Positions 58,073 to 64,000 of a stretch of 64,000 nucleotides of DNA are shown here, piece by piece. The notes below the pieces were generated by a model. That model saw only the letters and a program-made list of their open reading frames with translations, was not told the origin of the DNA and made no database searches. Source of the stretch: Entomortierella parvispora E1425 (lineage: Eukaryota > Fungi > Mortierellomycota); the NCBI GenBank assembly GCA_020891255.1, contig BQFW01000004.1, positions 1,054,001-1,118,000 on the forward strand, read 5' to 3'. Position 1 is the first letter of the stretch, and every line of letters starts with the position of its first letter. A program made the position numbers and the translations under genes.

Positions 58073-58298
58073 AAAAACTTTGTCGACCCTAAAAACCCTT
58101 AAGGGCGGTTTATTCTCTCTTGCATGCATGCATCATGTTGCTTGCTTCTCGCTTTTGCCCTCAACATCTCGACGCTCCTTCACATTCATCCACCTATCCA
58201 TGCGATCCAGATAATACTCAACTAATTCATCTATTCTATAACCCAGTGCCGATCGAAATCTACTTTTGGCAACTCACAAAAAGCTCAACAAAAGGAAC

Positions 58299-59772
58299 AT
58301 GGGCAACAGACACAGCCGCGGGAGTTTTGCGGTCCATCTGGACGATGGCAGCATAAAAACCTGCTCTCAGGCGACTGCAGCAGCCACAGCTTCCAGAAGC
58401 AAACCCAGAAGCAGCACAGGCACTAGCAGCCTTGGACTCTTTTCTCCAAGAAGACGATTGGACCTGTCCTATGTCTTTCTCATTTGGCTCTGCATTTCCT
58501 TGGCACTGTCCGCAACCCATGTCCAAGCCCAGGACCAAGTTGAGCCTCCCAACAGAGTCACCAGGCCATCCCAGTTTGATATGTACTTTGGTAAGTCCCC
58601 GCTCTTCGTGTTCTTGTTGCGTGTCGCCATAAAATGAATTTAGACGATAGGATTTTATACGTCGCAAGCACAAAAGCAAGGCTGTTGATTAACCCCTTTC
58701 TGCTCCGCCCTTGTTGCAAACAGAGGATACAGCAATATGTACAGTCCACGGCGGGGAATGTTGCTCTGACATGAGCTCGATAGAATGCCAGGGCTGGTTT
58801 TGTATTGAAAATACCTGCGCCATCTTGCAATGTGCCTATTGTACTGATGAGCCTGACTGGGTGTGTGGACCGATCGAAGGCGTGACCAGAAACCAAGGAC
58901 TCGGATGCAAACATCGTGCCTTTTTCAACCAGCCCTGCAACAACAAGACTTTGCCCTGTGAAAACAGTTTGACGTGCTCGAGTGTGAACAATACCTGTCA
59001 ATACACGCCCGAGCTTTGGAAGGAATATCAGGAAGAGGTGAAGTCGAGGAGGATCACCATGGCTGGGATGATTGTAGTCCTGATTGGAATGTTTGTGGCG
59101 ATGCGACGGATGCTCAAGAATGAGGAGGCGAGAAGACGGCAAATCTGGGAGCCTGTCGATTCCAGCGCAGAGGCTTCGATTTTGAGACGACTGGCCGAAG
59201 ATACTCAGAGAAGGGTCACTGGTGGATGGGGTCAGATCAGTGAATCCTTAGTTGAAGGAGGCAACGCTGCCACGGCTGCTATGGGGACGGCATTCACACG
59301 GATCAGGAACAATGTTCGAAATGCGACAGGAGCCCCTGTTCGTCCCGAGGATTGTGATGATTCTCTGGAGATGCTCCCCAACGGTCGTAGGGCTCAGACT
59401 AGGCGTGAACTGGAGGCCGATATGAGAGACTTCTTGCTCGAGGGTGATGACGACGAGGACGAGGATGAAGATGAGGATGGTCATAACCATCGAGATGAAG
59501 ATGGGCTCTTAGCGCGTCACCGCACCAGCAGCAGTAATAGCATTGGAAGTGGAAATGGCAGTGGAAGCAACACTTCGAGACCTCCAACAGCATCCAGTGT
59601 CCTCTCAGTACCAGCAGGCCAAACGTCATCAATATCGTTGTCGACCTCAGAGGGGTTCCCAGATGAGCCACCTTCGTATGATGAGATTCGACCTACAGGC
59701 GGTCGAGCAGGAGGCCCAACACAGTCTATTGCCGCTGGTTTGTCTGCTAGTGGAAACGATACCTTGGTGTGA
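58299..59772 (+). CDS. Single-pass membrane protein with Cys-rich ectodomain and cytoplasmic PPxY motif
   Basis: Exon 1 to 58590 (G|GTAAGT), exon 2 from 58723. Hydrophobic LSYVFLIWLCISLALSATHVQA, 14 Cys in about 90 aa, TM ITMAGMIVVLIGMFVAM, acidic tail with PPSYDEI. Confidence 0.78.
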
Positions 59773-59938
59773 ACCCCTTTCGTTTGTTTATGACCTTTAT
59801 TATAGTACAATAAAAAAATGCAGAGTATGATACAATTTGCGGGAAAATGCAGAAGGAATGAGTGGGGATGGTACATATACAGGGAGGGAAGGTAGCCGAA
59901 GATCCACGCAACTGCTGAGGTGTGAAGAAAAAACAGGC

Positions 59939-60953
59939 CTATTTGCTCAAGGATTCGACCAATCCCTCGATTTGCTGCCGTTGCGCATGAAGATCACCAT
60001 TCACTTCGGCAACCTCCTGAAAAATGTTGTCGTTGCTGTTATCCCTCAATGCATCACAGGCCCACCCGACGACCAAAATACCGGGAGGACGATAACTAGC
60101 CTCGTGCAAAACACGGACGACTGTCCCGACTTTGGCTCTCACGGTCCTCTGATCCTTTGCAGAGGCTCTCTCGACCACGGCCACGGGAAGATCCTCGGGG
60201 TAGCCCGCCTTTTTGAGATCTTCCACCAAGGCCTCCAATCGGTGCAGGGACATCAGGAACACGGTGGTTCTGTTTTCGACATAGAGGGGTGTTTCAGGGA
60301 TGGTGTCCAGTTTTCCTGTTCCTGTGCAGACCAAGAACTGGGAGGCAACTCCTCGGTGGGTCAGAGGAATTCCGGCCAACAAGGGTCCTGCGATACTGGA
60401 CGACAATCCTGGCAAAATAGTTGGCTCATATCCCAGTCGTTTGAAAAACAGATATTCTTCACCTCCACGTCCAAAGATGAATGGATCTAAAACACAATAA
60501 AAAAATACGGGATCGGGATCTTGGTCAATCTGATGAACAGGGTTCCACGCTCACACGTTCTGGATCTTCTCAAGACATCCGTCTTCTGGGGAGTTTTTTT
60601 TTTCCTTCTTTTTTACCTCCTTGCTTTAATCGAACGACTCGGAGACCTTGTTTCAAGGACTGGGTTGCATGTTCAAAGAGTTCTTGCTGGCCAGATGCCT
60701 GACATCCCTTGTCCTTATTGGCGATAAAGAGTTTGCATCGCACCAAAGCCAAGATCTCTTTTGAGACCAATTTGTCTGCCAAGACAATCTGCGCCCAGGA
60801 GGTGATGGCCTTGTAAGCGGCCATAGTTAGAAGATCTGGATCGCCGGGACCTGCACCAATCAGCTTGATCTCGCCTCCGGAAGGATAGGAGGGGTTGTTG
60901 TTGATGTAATCAAGACGGGGCGAAGCCGGTGGACTGTCATAGGGTGAGGCCAT
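59939..60953 (-). CDS. MET1: Uroporphyrinogen-III C-methyltransferase (SUMT/Met1-like, methyltransferase domain only)
   Basis: LIGAGPGDPDLLTMAA, VVRLKQG|DPFIFGRGGEE (intron 60614-60487), LPGLSS, GIPLTHRGVAS, VAVVERAS..QR. Confidence 0.9.
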
Positions 60954-61358
60954 CCTGAATACGAATGTTGGTTGTGTGAGCTGTGGGAACAGGGTGTCCT
61001 GTGAACGAGTGAGTGGGTAGAGGGAGGAGAGAGTGAAGGGTGAGAAGAGAAGAGAAGAGAAGAGAGGAGAGAGAGCAGCAGAAAAGTGATTTAAAGGGGA
61101 GAGATAGCGGGTGCAAAAGAGACAGAAAGAGAGATATCGAAGGCTTGATCAAGCAGAATGGCACCATCGCTGCTCATCGCAATCCTCCCCCTCGGAAGCG
61201 AGTCGGCGCAGGCAAGGATGAGCAAGCAAGGCAAGCACGCGAAAGGAGAAAGGATTGGCAGATCACCCACAACGACGCACTGATCGATATTTCGGACTGA
61301 AATGTCGTGCTTGGTTTTTTTTGTGACTGCTGCTCCGAAGTCACAAAAGTTTATTTTT

Positions 61359-63839
61359 TCATGGCCACCAACTACAATTTCGGCTGCGCTCGTGGCTGCC
61401 GATGCCAATTGGCTCCCCCCGTCGCAATCGTCGCTCGAAGGCGTGTGCGCGTATCTTTCCCATTACCCAGGGGATAAAGATGGCTAAAAGCTGTAGAAGT
61501 CATGACACCCCACCCAATAGACAGTTAGTCAGTTTGTCAATGAATATACCATTAATATCAGTCAATTCACGTCCTTCATCCCCCAGGTGTCAGTGCTGCA
61601 CTTACAAAGAAGATCGTAACAGCGAGGCAGATGAACCAGAAATAACTAATGTTATGGCTGAGCTCTGGAAAGTCTGTGAAGTTGGTGCCATATACTAAAG
61701 AATCGCAATCATGGTCATGCCGAAATGTCAGCAAAGAGGATGCAATATCGATGAAGCGAACATATGCGCCGATGAGGCATTATTAGTTACCTCCAGCCAC
61801 AAAAGTAATAGGAAGGAAAATCATGGACACAAGTGCTAATTGGCGCATCGACTCGTTGGTGTCATACGCGACCAAATTGAAGATCTAAGACGGGACAACT
61901 GCGAAGTAAGTGTACTGGAAAAAGACACAGATGCAGCATCGGTCCATTCTGCTTTCTGTCCCTTAGGTTACCATATTAATCAGTTTTTCGCACAGACTTA
62001 GCATCGTATCGATATCTTCGACCATCGTATTACAGTGATCCATCACATCGCTCATATATATCTTGGCCAGGGACGTCAAAGGACTTCGTTCATCCTTGCC
62101 CCGCAGTGAGTGAACGAGAACCTGGGTCGGGATCAACATTCTTCTCATCAGGGACAGTTGCGCCGTCATTTTGTGAAGGTCGGCTGTGAACGGCATCTTG
62201 GGCATGGTCATGACTCTATCTTCTAAGTCATTGATCTCGTGTCGAAATGCATCCGTGATAGGGATAGCATGGTCCACAATCCCGTCAATCACTGACTGAA
62301 GCAGGAAGCTAGAGTCGTTGTGCTTCCTCACCAAAGAATAATCATGCGAGAGTCGCTCCACGATCGGATTCACGACAGTCTCTCCAGAAACTTGAAAGAG
62401 TGTAATCAACGTGTTATCGGAGAGTAAGAATATTGTCACCTGTTCCATATGGACATGTAGTCGACCATAGGGCTTGGAGGAGGAGGATGAGGTTTGTTGC
62501 ACGTAGTGTTGGTGTTTGTATTTGTCGAGGGATTCGAGAGGCATTCGCTGCGAGAGCATCTCAGGATCGATGCCATGTGGGCTAGTGTATGGGCCAACCT
62601 GGCGCCATTCGTTCTCTCCCATCGCCTCCATAAGTGTCAAGAGCGTCAAACTGAGATAGCATTGTTTTGGGTATACATCGACCTTTGTACGTTGAGGGAC
62701 ATGCAGTAGATCTTCGACCGCAAGATGGTGTAGATCTGATAGACAAAAGAACAATATAATAACATTAATTAAAATAAATGCGGGTGTGAGCCTGAGGCCT
62801 CCCTAGCACTCGCTGGCAAGGATCAATTAATAGTACCGTATTCCAATGCAATGGTCTTGATGATATCCCAGCTCATTCCGTTAATGTTGATCCAACGTAC
62901 TGTAGACCATTCCGGTCTCTATGTTGTATCAAGAACAGACAGTATGAGAATCCCGAGCAAAATCCTTCGGAGCAACAGCTCCCTATAGAAAAAGTTTCGG
63001 TTTTCGTTACAGGTTGACGTAACCATTCCAGGAATTGACCATTGTCCATGTCTTTCCGGGCTAGATATTTCTCCTGGTTCATATCCACGGTCGTGACACC
63101 GACTTGTCTCTACGTTATATCATTGACAAACACACGCACACACGAAAGTGAGTACATCAGTGAAAATGAAAAGCTTGGCGTTAAATTGTAGGCGCTTCAT
63201 GCTTACTTCAATGCAGTTGAAGATTGGATCCATGGCTGACACATCTACTCCTTGACCTCGCATGGCAAAATCTACAACAAAGTAGAAGGTTCAGGATATG
63301 ACCATGTCATAAAGAATGGTTGCTTGTTACTTACTAGCAATTGATTGTCGCCTTTGGTTGTGGGTCTCTTCTCTTTTGGCCTTGCTCATGTCATCAAACA
63401 TTGTCTTGGCCCACCTCGAATCAGCACTATGGGCCCGCAGTGGCGACTGAGGTGAGGAAGAGTCGTGGATCGAGATCGAAACGGAATCGGCTGTTTGTCT
63501 CTGATTAGAAGGGATACTGCCAGTGTCACTGGAGCTGTTCCTCCTGTGACTCTCAGTAGGTGAACTTGTCAATGCCGCTGCCGTAAAGTGCACATTGTGG
63601 GGCTGTTGCTGCTGATGTGGATAGGCCAATCCGTCCTGATGCTTTTCGTCCATTCCGAACTGAGCGGGGGGAGTGATGGATAGATCTGCTTGTGAGTGGA
63701 CTCGGTCGTTGTTGGGGGTGGTCGAGGAGGAAGATCCGGAGGAGGAATCGGATCGTGTTCGACTAAACCTTTTCTCCTGTGGTTTCTCTGATTGATACCC
63801 GCGCGGATAAGTCTCTACAATGTTGTGGAAGTTCATCAA
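61359..63839 (-). CDS. CorA-family divalent cation channel with variant GTN signature; 5' end uncertain
   Basis: MEQVTIFLLSDNTLITLFQ, SFLLQSVIDGIVD, NLVAYDTNESMRQLALVSMIFLPITFVAG|VYGTNFTDFPEL...YFWFICLAVTIFF. Multiple introns; TGA at 61361-61359. Confidence 0.88.
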
Positions 63840-64000
63840 AAAAAAGACAGATGGAGGAAAAGGAGCACAAAAATGATTCAGGAAGAGACACTTGTCCAGG
63901 GGGGGAGGGAGGCTAAGGGCTGCAGAGGGACAATGTAACCACTTAATTTTCTTTCAGATCAGAGGGCAGGGTGAAAGGGAATTGGACACGCGAATACAGA

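Noticed and set aside
61091-61408. 105-aa minus-strand ORF upstream of MET1 as its missing N-terminal domain
   Set aside because: It overlaps the last CorA exon in another frame, ends in a stop before a pyrimidine-rich UTR, and shows no Met8/CysG-like motif.

Overview
Eukaryotic, intron-rich fungal genomic DNA. GT-AG introns with CTAAC/CTRAC branch points, fungal LYS2/RIB4/STB6 genes and decayed F-box/LRR and GST copies suggest an early-diverging fungus, probably Mortierellaceae (inference). About 23 protein genes and 2 pseudogenes can be reconstructed by hand. Housekeeping genes: NDUFS7/PSST, pirin, STB6-like, an ACS-family MFS permease, SPB4 and HAS1 DEAD-box helicases, cytosolic HSP70, LYS2, RIB4, ISA1, mitochondrial SerRS, a stand-alone uroporphyrinogen-III methyltransferase and a CorA-family channel. 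Most interesting signals: (1) a large coiled-coil protein with two motifs matching the centriole/transition-zone protein CEP162 in what looks like a non-flagellated fungus; (2) a full CHD7/Kismet-type remodeler with a predicted GC-AG first intron; (3) DDA1-like and CRIPT genes, giving a local set of 'animal-like' retained genes; (4) two paralogous small disordered proteins 8 kb apart that define an unrecognised motif family; (5) a CCCH plus divergent C-terminal PWI protein; (6) a CorA channel with GTN in place of GMN; (7) an H/ACA-like structured element in the HSP70 intron. No tRNA, rRNA, CRISPR or intact transposon was seen. All homology calls come from remembered motifs and need HMM/BLAST confirmation.
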